Shown here: piece after piece, positions 25,774 to 36,418 of the stretch
Numbering within the stretch: the first letter of the stretch is position 1
Layout of the letters: each line of letters opens with the position of its first letter
Notes under the pieces: model-generated
Told to the model about the DNA's origin: nothing
Database searches by the model: none
Seen by the model: the letters and a program-made list of their open reading frames with translations, nothing else
Translations under genes and position numbers: made by a program
Source of the DNA: an uncultured Chloroflexia bacterium
GTDB taxonomy: Bacteria > Chloroflexota > Dehalococcoidia > DSTF01 > JALHUB01
Reading direction: 5' to 3'
NCBI GenBank assembly: GCA_963726245.1
Contig: CAVSBT010000038.1
Coordinates: forward strand, 1-64,000
Length of the DNA stretch: 64,000 bases

Positions 25774-27653
25774 ATGCCTAGCTCGACTGGGCAGATCCTC
25801 CGCCGACTACCTGCCATTGGCACGGACGCCGTCATCGTCCTGGCAAGCTACGCCCTCGCCCTCGCCCTGCGCTTCGACGGCAGCGTCCCCCGCGAGTCCT
25901 GGACCTGGTTCTCCTGGGCCGTCCCCCTCATCGCGCTCGGCTACATCTTCGCCAATGCCGTGTTTGGCGTTTACCGTACCGCCTGGCAGTACGGCGGCAC
26001 CCTGGACGCCGTGTACCTTGGGTTGGGCGTGAGCCTGGTCACGATCATCGCCTTTGTCGTCAATTGGACGTTAGAGCACCGCCCCATACCGCTCAGCGTC
26101 AACCTGATAGCCGGCGCCTTCATCTTCCTCTTCATGGGCCTGGTGAAGCTGTCGCCCCGTCTCATGGTCAAAGGCGGGCTTCCCTTCGTGGGCTGGACGG
26201 AGGAAGGCGCGCAGCGGGTGCTCATCGTCGGGCGCCGGGAACACCGGCCAGCTCCTGGCGCGGGAGATGCGCCAGAACCGTGAGTGGAGCTACCGGCCCG
26301 TCTGCTTCGTCGACGACGACCCGCGCAAGAAAGGGATGCGCGTCCACGGCGTGCCGGTCATGGGCGCTCGACAAGACATACCCGCGCTGGTCGAGAAGAT
26401 GGGCGTCGATCTGGTGGCGCTGGCCATACCCTCGGTCCATGCCACCACCATCGAGGAGGTCCTGGCCCTCTGCGAGGCGACGGGGGTGCGGGTGCGCATC
26501 GTGCCGGGGGTGCCGGAGATCGTCAGCGGCCGGGCCCGCGTGGGCGAGCTGCGCGAGGTGACGACGGACGACCTGGTGGCCCGCGACCCGGTGGAAGTGG
26601 ACCTTGACGGCTGCCGCCGGGCATTGCACGGCCGTTCGGTGCTCATCACGGGGGCTGCCGGCTCCATCGGGTCGGAGCTGGCGCGGCGAGTGCTGGACTT
26701 CGGGCCCTCGGCTGTCCATCTCTTCGATGCCAGCGAGGGCGGCCTGCACGAGCTGCGACTGCGCCTCATGCAACTGAACCAGGAGTGCCAGGTGCGGCCC
26801 TGGCTCGGCAGCATCGCCGACGGGGCCAAGGTCTCGCAGGTGTTTGCGGCGGCCCGGCCCCAGGTGGTCTTCCATTGCGCCGCCTACAAGCACGTGCCCC
26901 TCATGGAAGAGCACCCTGACCAGGCCTTCCATGTCAACGTGCTGGGCAGCCAGCACGTCTTCCAGGCGGCGCAGCGCTGCGGCGCCGAGAAGGTGGTGTT
27001 CCTCTCCAGCCACACGGCGGTGAACCCTTCCAGCGTCATGGGGGCGAGCAAGCGCGTCGGGGAGCTGATGGTGAGGGCGATGGGGCGCGAGGGCAGGACA
27101 GCGCTCGCTGCCATCCGCCTGACCAACGTCATCGATAGCCGCGGTGGCGTGGTGAGCATCTTCGCCCGCCAGATCCAGAAGGGCGGTCCGCTGTCGGTGA
27201 CCCACCCCGATGTCGCGCGCTACTTCCTTACCCTCCATGAGGTCGCCACCCTCATCATCCAGGTGGCGGCCCAGGCCAAGGGCGGCGAGATCTTCATACT
27301 GGACGTGGGCGACGAGATCCGCATCGTTGAGCTGGCGGAGCGGATGATCCGCTCCCAGGGGATGGAGCCGGGTCGGGACGTGGAGATCGTCTACACGGGG
27401 CTGCGCCCCGGCGAGAAGCTGCGTGAGAACCTGGCCGCCCCGGACGAGGTTCTGCTGTCGACGGCGCATTCCAAGGTGTTCGAGGTCCAGGGCGGCGGCA
27501 CGCTGTCTTCGGCGGAGCTGCTGGCAGAGATCAGCGCCCTCGAAGCGCAGCTCCCCGAGAGCGCCGAGGCGATCGGCTGCTCGCATCCACGCCCTGGCCC
27601 GCCTGGACCTGCGCCGGACGCCCGCTCCCACGCCCTCCGAGCCGCTCACTTAG
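25774..27653 (+). CDS. Membrane-anchored nucleoside-diphosphate sugar 4,6-dehydratase (CapD/PglF-like); frameshifts near 26232 and 27575
   Basis: Four TM N-terminus, ITGAAGSIGSEL, HCAAYKHVPLME, MGASKR, GLRPGEKL; catalytic TDK replaced by SHT. Confidence 0.85.
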
Positions 27654-27663
27654 GGTTCGCGCC

Positions 27664-28779
27664 GTGAAGGTTGTCTCCATCGTCGGGGCGCGACCCCAGT
27701 TCATCAAGGCAGCGGTCCTCAGCCGCGCCCTGAGCCTGCCTGCCCTGAGCACAGCCGAAGGGCCGAAGGGCCGCGTCCTCCGCCGGAAGCACCGCGAGGT
27801 GCTGGTGCACACCGGCCAGCACTACGACGAGCCCATGTCCCAGGTGTTCTTCGAGGAGCTGCTCCTGCGCGAGCCCGACTACAACCTGGGGGTCGGCTCC
27901 GGCAGCCACGGCGAGCAGACGGGCCGCATGCTGGAGCGCATCGAGGAGGTGCTGCTGCGGGAGCGGCCCGACTACGTCCTGGTCTACGGCGACACCAACT
28001 CCACGCTGGCCGGAGCCCTCGCCGCCGCCAAGCTGGGCGTCCGCCTGGGCCACGTCGAGGCCGGCCTGCGCAGCGGCAACCGCCGCCTGCCGGAGGAGAT
28101 CAACCGCATCGTGGCCGACCATTGCTCAGACCTGCTCTTCTGCCCGACGATGACGGCCGTCAACAATCTGGAACGCGAGGGGATCACGGCGGGCGTGCAC
28201 CCGGTGGGCGATGTCATGTGCGATTCCCTCCTCCAGCAACTGCCTGCGGCCGAGGAGAAGAGCGACGTGCTGAAGCGGCTGGGCGTATCGCCCGGCGGCT
28301 ACTACCTGGCGACCATCCACCGCGCTGGCAACACCGACGACCCGGCACGGCTGGCTGACATCCTGGCGGGCCTCCGACGCCTCGATGCGCCGGTGGTCTT
28401 CCCCGTTCACCCGCGTACGCGCAAGGCCGCGGAGGCGGCCTCACTGGCCATCGGCGATGGTATGCTGGCGGTGGACCCGGTCGGCTACGGCGATATGCTG
28501 GTGCTTCAGAAGAACGCCCGCTGCGTGCTCACCGACTCCGGGGGCGTGCAGAAGGAGGCGTATCTCCTGGGCGTGCCCTGCGTCACCCTGCGCGAGGAGA
28601 CGGAGTGGCCGGAGACCCTGGAGGGCGGCTGGAACGTCCTCGCTGGGGTGGACCCGGCGAGCATCGCCGAGGCTGCCACACGGCCCGCTCCGAAGGGCAG
28701 GCCCGTCGCTTGCTTCGGCGACGGCCGGGCGGCGGAGCGCATCGTAAAGGCGCTGGAAGATGATTCATCCCACCGCTGA
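27664..28779 (+). CDS. wecB: Non-hydrolysing UDP-N-acetylglucosamine 2-epimerase (WecB/WbpI-like) with a 16 aa repeat-derived insertion
   Basis: VGARPQFIK, HTGQHYD, GDTNSTLAG, HVEAGLRS, TDSGGVQKEA. Confidence 0.93.
   Translation: MKVVSIVGARPQFIKAAVLSRALSLPALSTAEGPKGRVLRRKHREVLVHTGQHYDEPMSQVFFEELLLREPDYNLGVGSGSHGEQTGRMLERIEEVLLRERPDYVLVYGDTNSTLAGALAAAKLGVRLGHVEAGLRSGNRRLPEEINRIVADHCSDLLFCPTMTAVNNLEREGITAGVHPVGDVMCDSLLQQLPAAEEKSDVLKRLGVSPGGYYLATIHRAGNTDDPARLADILAGLRRLDAPVVFPVHPRTRKAAEAASLAIGDGMLAVDPVGYGDMLVLQKNARCVLTDSGGVQKEAYLLGVPCVTLREETEWPETLEGGWNVLAGVDPASIAEAATRPAPKGRPVACFGDGRAAERIVKALEDDSSHR
27728..27775. repeat. Nested REP-like palindromes inserted in frame in wecB
   Basis: ccctgagcctg[cctgccctgagcacagccgaaggg]ccgaaggg flanked by a duplicated ccgcg. 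Confidence 0.75.
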
Positions 28780-29344
28780 GGTCTCGCCCGAGGCCCGCAT
28801 CGGACGCGGGGCGCGCATCTGGCATGAGGCGCAGGTGTGTCCGGGGGCCGTCGTCGGGGCTGGCTGCAACATCGGCAAGGGCGTCTACATCGGTCCCGGC
28901 GTCGTGGTCGGCGAGCGGGTCAAGATCCAGAATCGGGCCTCGCTGTACCCGGGGCTGACCGTCGAGGACGGCGTCTTCATCGGCCCCCACGTGGTCTTCA
29001 CCAACGACCGCTACCCGCGCTCTATCACCCCCGAGGGGCGTCTCCTCACCGACGCCGACTGGCAGCCGGAGGCCACGCTGGTGCGACACGGCGCCTCCAT
29101 CGGCGCCGGCGCCGTCGTCATCTGCGGCGTGACCATCGGCCGCTGGGCGCTGGTAGGGGCGGGGGCCCTGGTGACCCACGACGTGCCCGACCACGGCCTG
29201 GTGATCGGGACGCCGGCCCGCCTGGTGGGCTACGTCTGCGAGTGCGCCCGCAAGCTGGAGTCCGAAGGCCCGTCGGGGCGCTGGCGCTGCCCAGCCTGCG
29301 GCCGGAGCTTCGAGCTGGCGGCTCTCACGGTAAAGGGCGCATGA
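28760..29344 (+). CDS. Hexapeptide-repeat N-acetyltransferase (WbpD/WlbB-like)
   Basis: IHPTAEV, IWH, KIQN, FTNDRYPRS, GTPARLVGYVCECA, C-terminal CPAC. Confidence 0.9.
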   Translation: MIHPTAEVSPEARIGRGARIWHEAQVCPGAVVGAGCNIGKGVYIGPGVVVGERVKIQNRASLYPGLTVEDGVFIGPHVVFTNDRYPRSITPEGRLLTDADWQPEATLVRHGASIGAGAVVICGVTIGRWALVGAGALVTHDVPDHGLVIGTPARLVGYVCECARKLESEGPSGRWRCPACGRSFELAALTVKGA

Positions 29345-30412
29345 TCCGCATCGCGCAGCCCCTCCTGGGTGAGGAGGAGGAGCAGGCCGTCCTCGCCGTG
29401 CTGCGCTCGGGGCAGCTATCACAGGGCCCGGTCGTACGGCGCTTCGAGGAGGCCTTCGCCCGCTACATCGGCGTGCGGGAAGCGGTGGCCGTCTCGTCGG
29501 GGACGGCGGCCCTGCAGGTCGCTCTCCTGGCCCACGGCATCGGCGCCGGCGACGAGGTCGTCACGAGCCCCTTCACCTTCGCCGCCACCGCCAATGCCGT
29601 CCTGGCGACGGGCGCGCGGCCCGTCTTCGCCGACGTGTCGGAGGAGGACTTCAACCTTGACCCCGCGCGCGTCGCAGAGAGCATCAGCGAGCGGACGCGG
29701 GCTCTGCTGCCGGTGCATCTCTACGGCCAAGCGGCGGACATGGAGGCCTTCTCGGCGCTGGCGCGTCGTCATGGCCTGGCCCTCATCGAGGACGCCGCTC
29801 AGGCGGCGGGAGCTTCCTTCGGCGGACGCAAGGCCGGCTCCTTCGGCACCGGCTGCTTCTCCTTCTACGCCACCAAGAACATGACGACCGGCGAGGGCGG
29901 CATGATCACCACAGACGACCCCGAGCTCGCGGCGCGGGCGCGCCTCCTGCGCGACCACGGCCAGCGGCGCCGCTACGTGAGCGAGGTGCTGGGCTACAAT
30001 CTGCGCCTGACGGAGGTGGCCGCCGCCCTGGGCCTGGCGCAGCTCCAGAAGCTGGACGATTTCAACGAGCGGCGGCGCGCCAACGCCCGCTACCTGACGG
30101 AGCGGCTGTCCGGCGTCGATGACGCCGCGAGAGCTGCCCGGCCGCCATCACGTCTACCACCAGTACACGATACGGGTGAGGCGGGGCCGCGACGCGCTGC
30201 TGAGACACCTCCGCGATAACGACATCGAGGCGGCGGTGTTCTATCCGCTGCCTGTCCACAAGCAGCCGCTGTATCGGGACCTTGGCCGCCGCCAGCGGCT
30301 GCCGGTGGCGGAGCGACTGAGCCGCGAGGTGCTGTCGCTGCCGGTGCACCCGGGCTTGAGCCGGGACGATCTGGACGCTGTGGTGTCGGCCGTGCGAGAG
30401 GGCCTGGCCTGA
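29341..30412 (+). CDS. DegT family aminotransferase (WbpE/WlbC-like; frameshift near 30118)
   Basis: SGTAAL, PVHLYGQ, IEDAAQA, SFYATKNMTTGEGG, HVYHQYTIR, LSLPVHP. Confidence 0.9.
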
Positions 30413-30426
30413 TGAGAGAGACGGGC

Positions 30427-30477
30427 CTGCGGATTGAAATCCGCAGCTTGTCCGAAGCTGAGGGTTTCAACCCTCAG
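30427..30477. repeat. Pair of REP-like hairpins
   Basis: CTGCGGATTGAAATCCGCAG and CTGAGGGTTTCAACCCTCAG. Confidence 0.7.
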
Positions 30478-30541
30478 GGGGCAAAGGCGACACAACTGAT
30501 GACCGATTTGTTGTTCATCGGCGCTTTGGTGGGAGGCGCCG

Positions 30542-31596
30542 GTGGCTAGCGACGGCGGGAGGCCCCTGGCGGCCGGCGTCATCGGCCTGGGGGCGATGGG
30601 CATCAACCACGCCCGCGTCTACGGCGAGATGGCGGGCGTGGAGCTCGTGGCCGTCGCCGACCCGGCGCCCGACAGGCGGCAGCCTGGCCGCCCCTGGCGG
30701 CAGCCCGCGCGCCTATGCTGACTACCGGGAGATGCTGGCCCGCGAGCGGCTGGACCTCGTGTCGGTGGCGGCGCCCACCCGCCTGCACGCTGAGGTGGCG
30801 CAGGCCGCCCTGGAGCGCCGCGTGGCCACCCTGGTCGAGAAGCCCATCGCCGGGGAGCCGGAGGAGGGACGGGCGATCCTGGCCGCCGCTCGGGAGGCCG
30901 GCTGCCTGCTCATGGTCGGCCACGTCGAGCGCTTCAACCCGGCGGTGCAGGAGCTGAAGCGCCGCCTGGAGGCGGGCGAGCTGGGCCGCGTCTTCCTGGC
31001 CCGCGCCGAGCGGGTGGGGCCCTTCCCTCAACGCATCCGCGACGTGGGTGTCGTGCAGGACCTGGCCACCCACGACATCGACGTCATGCGCTTCCTGCTC
31101 GGCCTCGGAGGTGGAGCGCGTCTACGCCGAGACGGAGGCGGGCCTCCGCACCGAGCACGAGGACCTGCTCTCGGCGGTGATGCGCTTTCGCGGCGGCGCC
31201 GTCGGGCTGCTGGAGGTGAACTGGCTGACTCCCACCAAGGTGCGGCGGCTGGCCCTCGTGGGCGAAGCGGGCATGTTCGTCGCGGACTACCTGACCCAGG
31301 AGCTCGTCTTCTACGAGAGGGAACCGGCCGGGGCAGCCTGCCTGCCCGCACAGGGGCCCAGTCTGGCTCCCCTCACCGCCGGCGGCGAGGGGACCCGAAT
31401 CCCCGTCGAGAAGAAGGAGCCCTTGCGGGCGGAGCTGGAGGCCTTCGTGGCGTCGGTGGCCCGGGGGTCGCCCTCGCCGGTGCCGGCGGAGGAGGCGCTG
31501 GCCGCCCTGGAGGTGGCGACCTGCCTGGTGGAGTCGGGCCGGACGGGGCGCGTGGTGCAGGTGGGCACCCAGCCCGCCGGTCAGAGCGAGGTTTGA
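30542..31596 (+). CDS. Gfo/Idh/MocA oxidoreductase (WbpB/WlbA-like; frameshifts near 30690 and 31100)
   Basis: GVIGLGAMGINHARV, LVEKPIA, VGHVERFNPAV, DVGVVQDLATHDID, NWLTPTKVR. Confidence 0.88.
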
Positions 31597-32868
31597 GAGC
31601 CTTGAGGGTGTGCGTCGTCGGTCTGGGCAAGATTGGGCTGCCCCTGGCGGCCCAGTACGCCTCTAAGGGGCTCTCGGTCATCGGCTGCGATCCGGACGCC
31701 GAGCTGGTATCGGACGTGAGCCGGGGGCGCTGCCCGCTGGCCGGCGAGAGAGGGCTGGCGCGCTCGATCCGTACGTCGGTAGCCGCCGGGCTCCTCGACG
31801 CGACCACCGACACGGCGGCGGCCGCGCGGGAGGCGCAGGTGGTGGTGGTCATCGTCCCCGTGGGCCTGACGGCGGAGCGGCAGCCGGACTTCTCGCGCCT
31901 CGACGAGGCGGCGGCGGCCGTGGCCCGCGGCCTGCGGCCCGGCGCGCTGGTCATCCTGGAGACGACGGTGCCCGTGGGCACCACGCGCGGCCGCCTGGGG
32001 CCGGCGCTGGAGGCCTCGGGGCTGCGCATGGGCGTGGACTTCCGCCTCGCCTACAGCCCGGAGCGCGTGTCGGTGGGGCGCATCTTCGCCGACCTAAAGC
32101 GTTACCCGAAGATCGTGGGCGGCATCGACGAGGCAAGCCGGGACGCCGCCGTCGCCTTCTACCGCCGGGCGCTGGATGCCAGCGTGATGACCGTGCGAGA
32201 CACGGAGACGGCCGAGTTCGTCAAGCTGGCGGAGACCACCTATCGCGACGTGAACATCGCCCTGGCCAGCGAGCTGGCCGTCTACGCCGACCAGCGCGGC
32301 CTTGACGCCGTCGAGGCCTTCGCCGCCGCCAACACCCAGCCCTACTCGCACCTGCACCAGCCCGGCGTCGGCGTCGGCGGCCACTGCATCCCCGTCAACC
32401 CGCACCTGCTGATGGGCGGGGCTTCCTCCCTGGGCCTGCCGGCGATGGCCCGCCGGGTGAACGACGGCATGGCGGCCTACGGCGTCGGCAAGCTGGAGGA
32501 GGCGCTGGGGGGCCTGCGAGGGCGCACCGTGCTCATCCTCGGGCCTGGCCTACCGGCCCAACGTGAAGGAGGCCGCCGGCTCCAGCGCCTTCGCCCTGGC
32601 CCGCGAGCTGGAGGCGCGCGGCGCTCGGGCGCTGGTGCACGACCCGCTCTTCAGCGCCGGTGAGGTGGAGGCGGCGGGCCTGCGACCGGCGTACCCCTTC
32701 CCGCCGCGTCGGGTGGACGCCGTGGTGATCCAGGCCCTGCACGACCAGTACCGTGACCTGGACCTGGGCGGCTTCGCGGGCTGCCGCGCGGTGCTGGACG
32801 GACGCAACGTCCTTTCGCGGGCCGAGGTGGAGGCGAAGGGGATGCTCTACCTGGGGATCGGCAGGTAG
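31593..32868 (+). CDS. Nucleotide sugar 6-dehydrogenase (WbpA/WecC-like; frameshift near 32542)
   Basis: GLGKIGLPLA, ETTVPVGTT, SPERV, KLAETTYRDVNIA, GVGGHCIP, DGRN. Confidence 0.9.
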
Positions 32869-32930
32869 GCGCAGGCGGACCGCGAGCGCCTCGAGGGCTG
32901 GGTCAAGCAGAGTGCCGACAAGCCAGAGTA

Positions 32931-33026
32931 GGCCGCTCGTGGTTCGACCGGCTCACCACGAGCGGAATCTACGAACCGCTCACCCTGAGCCTGTCGAAGG
33001 GCGAGCGGCGACTTTCTCAGCCGTCC
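32931..33026. repeat. Second, degenerate copy of the 6423-6554 element
   Basis: ggccgctcgtggttcga..ggctcaccacgagcggaatct..gaaccgctc.ccctgagcctgtcgaagggcg..ctttctca. Confidence 0.75.
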
Positions 33027-33088
33027 GAGGACAAAGCAACCGCCCAGGCGGGCGGTTGTCTTGTTGTCTGGCGGGGAACTCTACCGCT

Positions 33089-33301
33089 CTAGCGGTAGCG
33101 GGGGCTGTGCAGGGCCCCACTCGTGATGGGCTCGTCGATGTAGAGGTCGCCGTTGCGGATCTTGATGTTAAAACCGCATTCGGGATTGGTGCAGGCCCAG
33201 GCCTTGAAGTGAATCGCGGCCCCCTGGCTCCCGAAGTCTGAGAGGGGGACCAGGTCGCCTAGCTTGCACTTCTGACACTTAGGAAAGTTTCCGATCTCCA
33301 C
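33089..33301 (-). CDS. Small Cys-rich (Zn-finger-like) hypothetical protein
   Basis: CQKC...LVPLSDFG...KAWACTNPECGF; GGAGG RBS before GTG. Confidence 0.75.
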   Translation of the reverse strand: MEIGNFPKCQKCKLGDLVPLSDFGSQGAAIHFKAWACTNPECGFNIKIRNGDLYIDEPITSGALHSPRYR

Positions 33302-33417
33302 TAGCCACCTCCCCGTCCATCAGTCGGCAGGAGTATAGCAGAGGCTTCCCGTACTGACAACACGACTAGTCCGCTTCTGCTGGTCGATTGTTAAGGTTTG
33401 CCTCGCCCAGTATGCGG

Positions 33418-35772
33418 CTAGTGGGGGCGAGGGATCGCCTGAGTCGAAGTCGACGGCCCGCCGTAGAGGGCCCGATAGGCGGCGAGGTTCTCTGTTACCC
33501 TCTCCACGTAGGTTCGCGTCTGATCAAAAGAGATCTCCTCGACGAAGAGGTCTTCGTCATCTGCCGCTGCCTTGAGCCAGCGGCTGGCGTTGCCGGGGCC
33601 ACCGTTGTAGGCGGCCAGGGCCGGCGCCACACGCCCGTCGAAGGCCTCTAGCTGCTTCGAGAGGTAGTGAGCGCCGAAGAGGATGCTGACGGAGGGTCGC
33701 ATGAGGTCATCCGTTGAGAAGTTGCCAGCAAGGTCAAGGTCGGCCGCGATCTCCTGGGCGGTGGAAGGGATGACCTGGGTTAGGCCCAGCGCGCCGGCCG
33801 ACGAGCCGGCCCGCGGGTCGAAGAAGCTCTCCTGTCGAATGAGCGCCGCCAGGAGCAGTGGCGAGGTGTGGGTTTGCCCGGCGGCGGATTGGAGAAGAGG
33901 GGCGTAATCAACGGGATAGGCCAGCCGCAGCAAGTCGGCGGGTGCGGCATCAACTGCTGGTTGCGACAGAGCAGCCAGCAGCCGGCTGGCCGCTCGAGCC
34001 GAAACGTGCGTGATGCCCAGAGGATAGGTGGCCTTGGTCAGGGCGTAGAGGGCGGCAGAAGTTGTCCCATAGGCCTCCAGCAGACTGTCATACTCCGCCG
34101 AGGCTTCGTCGAGGAGCTGGAGGTCCAGCAGCTCGCCGGCCCGCGCCCACCGCGGGTCGCTGAGGAAAGCCTGCGGCGAGGCGGAGGACGATGAAGGCAG
34201 CCAGGCGCCGGCCCAGGCGTCTAGGGCTGCCCAGTCGATCCCTGGGGCCTTTGTGAGATCGACTGTACCCAGGTTGCCCGAGGGCAAGGGCTGGCCCAGC
34301 AAGGCGGCGGCGCGCAGGCTGTAGTAGTCGGGCGGTTCAGCGTCCGCCAACTCCTTCAGGATGGTGGAGGCCTCGCCGGCGTGGCCGGCAGCCTTCTCCG
34401 CCTTGCCCAGCCAGAGACGCGCGCGGTCGACATCATCGGGGGCGGTGGTCAGCGAGCGGGCCTCGTCGAAGGCGGAGACAGCGTCGTCGTACTTCTTCTG
34501 CTTGTAGAGTAGCAGGCCGCTGCGGAAGAGGGCCTCTGGGGCCCAGGTCGAGTTCGGATACCGGCCGGGAAAGTCGCGGTAGGCGCTGACGGCGGAGTCA
34601 TAGCGAGCGAGGTCTTCCAGGAGGCGAGCCCTCCACCAGGCGGCGTCGTCGGCGAGGGGCCCGCTCGGGTCACGGCGGAGGGAGTCGTCATAGGAGTCGA
34701 GGGCCGCATCCTCATCGCCGCGCTCCTCGTGGACGGCGGCCAGGTAGTAGGCAGCCTCGGCGTCGTGAGGTCCCGGCGGCTCATCCTGAAGATATGACTC
34801 GAAGGCATCCTGCGCCTCCTTGTCCTTGTGGTGGCGGTAGTAGACGAGCCCTTCAAGGTAGCCGTCAACCTTCACGCCCGCCTCTTGCAGCTCGGCGAGG
34901 GCGTCGAGCGCGGCGGGTGCCGCCGGGTAGTCCTGGATGACGGCAAGGTGGTTCTCGGCCCAGTTGGCGTCTCCGCGAAGGCGGCTCAGGGCGCCGACCC
35001 GCCAGCGGGCCAGCGCTTGGTCGGCCGAGGACTGGCTTTCTGAGAAGAGGCGCTCGTACCAGACGATGGCGTCGTCCAGGGAACCGGCGTTTTCGAAAGC
35101 GCGGGCGATGTCGAGCAAGGCGCCGGCGGCGACAGTGGGCGGGAGGCCGGCGCCGAGGGCCAGCTCCGCCTCGGCGGCCGCCTCCTGGGAGCGCCCGAGG
35201 GAGGCCAGCAGCCGGGCGCTGGCGAGGTGAGCGTAGGGCGCGGCAGGGCTGCCTTCCTCGGCGAACTGCTGGTAGAGATTCAGGGCCTCCTCCTTCTGAC
35301 CGAGACTCTCCAGAGCCTCCGCCAGTAGGAAACGACCAAGGTGTCGCTCGCTGTCAGACACAGCCTGCGACAGCAACGACTCCAGTTCGCGGCGAGCCTC
35401 CAGGTCGCGGCCGTCGTCCAGGTAGGTGCGCGCCAGGGACAGTTGGGCCAAGGGGCGTTCGGACTCAGGCGAGTGCGTGATCACCTGCTGGTAGACGGCG
35501 ATAGCCTCCTCGTACTGCCCGTTGCGCTGGAGTTCGTGGCCGAGGACGGGGTCCGCGGGCACAGGAGTTGGGCTGACGGCTGCCGCCGTCGGCGATTCGA
35601 TGGCGGGTTGAGGCGTGGCGGGCGCGCTTCCGCGACAGGCCGCCAACAGGAGAGCAGCGCCGAAGGTGAGGACGGCGCATGTTGGGAGGCCGGCGCGAAG
35701 GGCGCGGTGGGACCGGGGGTTTGTGGCGGGCATCGCGATGAGTCCGTCGTCGTTGACGCGCAGTTGAACCAA
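33418..35772 (-). CDS. TPR-rich lipoprotein with SLT lytic transglycosylase domain (true start may be downstream)
   Basis: LLLAAC lipobox, many TPRs, IRQESFF, GALGLTQVIP, ALAAYNGGPG. Confidence 0.9.
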   Translation of the reverse strand: MVQLRVNDDGLIAMPATNPRSHRALRAGLPTCAVLTFGAALLLAACRGSAPATPQPAIESPTAAAVSPTPVPADPVLGHELQRNGQYEEAIAVYQQVITHSPESERPLAQLSLARTYLDDGRDLEARRELESLLSQAVSDSERHLGRFLLAEALESLGQKEEALNLYQQFAEEGSPAAPYAHLASARLLASLGRSQEAAAEAELALGAGLPPTVAAGALLDIARAFENAGSLDDAIVWYERLFSESQSSADQALARWRVGALSRLRGDANWAENHLAVIQDYPAAPAALDALAELQEAGVKVDGYLEGLVYYRHHKDKEAQDAFESYLQDEPPGPHDAEAAYYLAAVHEERGDEDAALDSYDDSLRRDPSGPLADDAAWWRARLLEDLARYDSAVSAYRDFPGRYPNSTWAPEALFRSGLLLYKQKKYDDAVSAFDEARSLTTAPDDVDRARLWLGKAEKAAGHAGEASTILKELADAEPPDYYSLRAAALLGQPLPSGNLGTVDLTKAPGIDWAALDAWAGAWLPSSSSASPQAFLSDPRWARAGELLDLQLLDEASAEYDSLLEAYGTTSAALYALTKATYPLGITHVSARAASRLLAALSQPAVDAAPADLLRLAYPVDYAPLLQSAAGQTHTSPLLLAALIRQESFFDPRAGSSAGALGLTQVIPSTAQEIAADLDLAGNFSTDDLMRPSVSILFGAHYLSKQLEAFDGRVAPALAAYNGGPGNASRWLKAAADDEDLFVEEISFDQTRTYVERVTENLAAYRALYGGPSTSTQAIPRPH

Positions 35773-35810
35773 TGTTACACTCTCGCGATGATCGCGGTAA
35801 AGGCGACGCT

Positions 35811-36293
35811 GTGAACCTGCTTCGGTGCACTATCCTCGATGCCCAAGGGGGCGTTAGCTTCGTAGCTCATGCGGATATCTTGCCCGCTCTCGCCAGGGCG
35901 TGCGCGGATGACCCGCGAACACTGGAGCAATTGCTGGACGCCGCAACGCCCTACTACACAGGCCTGCGGGAGCAGGTCCTGAACGGCCTGGCCATGTTCG
36001 ACGAGAGGAACGTGGCGGGTCACTACGAGTCCATCCACCAGGCGCTGGACCTCTGCGCCCCTTTCGAGCAGCCGGTGTTCCGGGTGGTGGATGAACGCAC
36101 CCGCGAGGCGAGCCTGTCGCCCGTGAAAGCGGGGGCTGTGGTCTTCAATCTCCGCGCTAAGCGCATCATCCAGATCGAGAACACCTACCAGGAGATCACG
36201 CGCCGCGGCGCCGGCCGCGTCTTCGACGGGACGGGCATGACGAGCCGGGTCTTCAGCTACCAACTTCCCAACGAGTGGACTCTGGTCCCGTAA
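35811..36293 (+). CDS. Conserved-looking hypothetical protein
   Basis: GLAMFDERN, PVFRVVD, PVKAGAVVFNLRAKRIIQIENTY; coding-like composition. Confidence 0.7.
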   Translation: MNLLRCTILDAQGGVSFVAHADILPALARACADDPRTLEQLLDAATPYYTGLREQVLNGLAMFDERNVAGHYESIHQALDLCAPFEQPVFRVVDERTREASLSPVKAGAVVFNLRAKRIIQIENTYQEITRRGAGRVFDGTGMTSRVFSYQLPNEWTLVP

Positions 36294-36340
36294 GGCCGCC
36301 CTTCGAACTCACTGGTGCTCCGCCGGCTCCAGAGCGCAAC

Positions 36341-36368
36341 GTAGGGGTCGAGCATGCTCAACCCCTAC
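36341..36368. repeat. GTAG-type REP-like palindrome between convergent genes
   Basis: GTAGGGGTCGAGCATGCTCAACCCCTAC. Confidence 0.7.
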
Positions 36369-36418
36369 AGGCCCAGACGAAGACCGGGACCGCCGGGCGG
36401 CGGCGCCAAGCCTCGAGC

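Noticed and set aside
15915-32868. Glycan cluster as a tRNA-integrated genomic island
   Set aside because: The cluster lies on the tRNA 5' side; no integrase, no duplicated tRNA end and no obvious compositional shift
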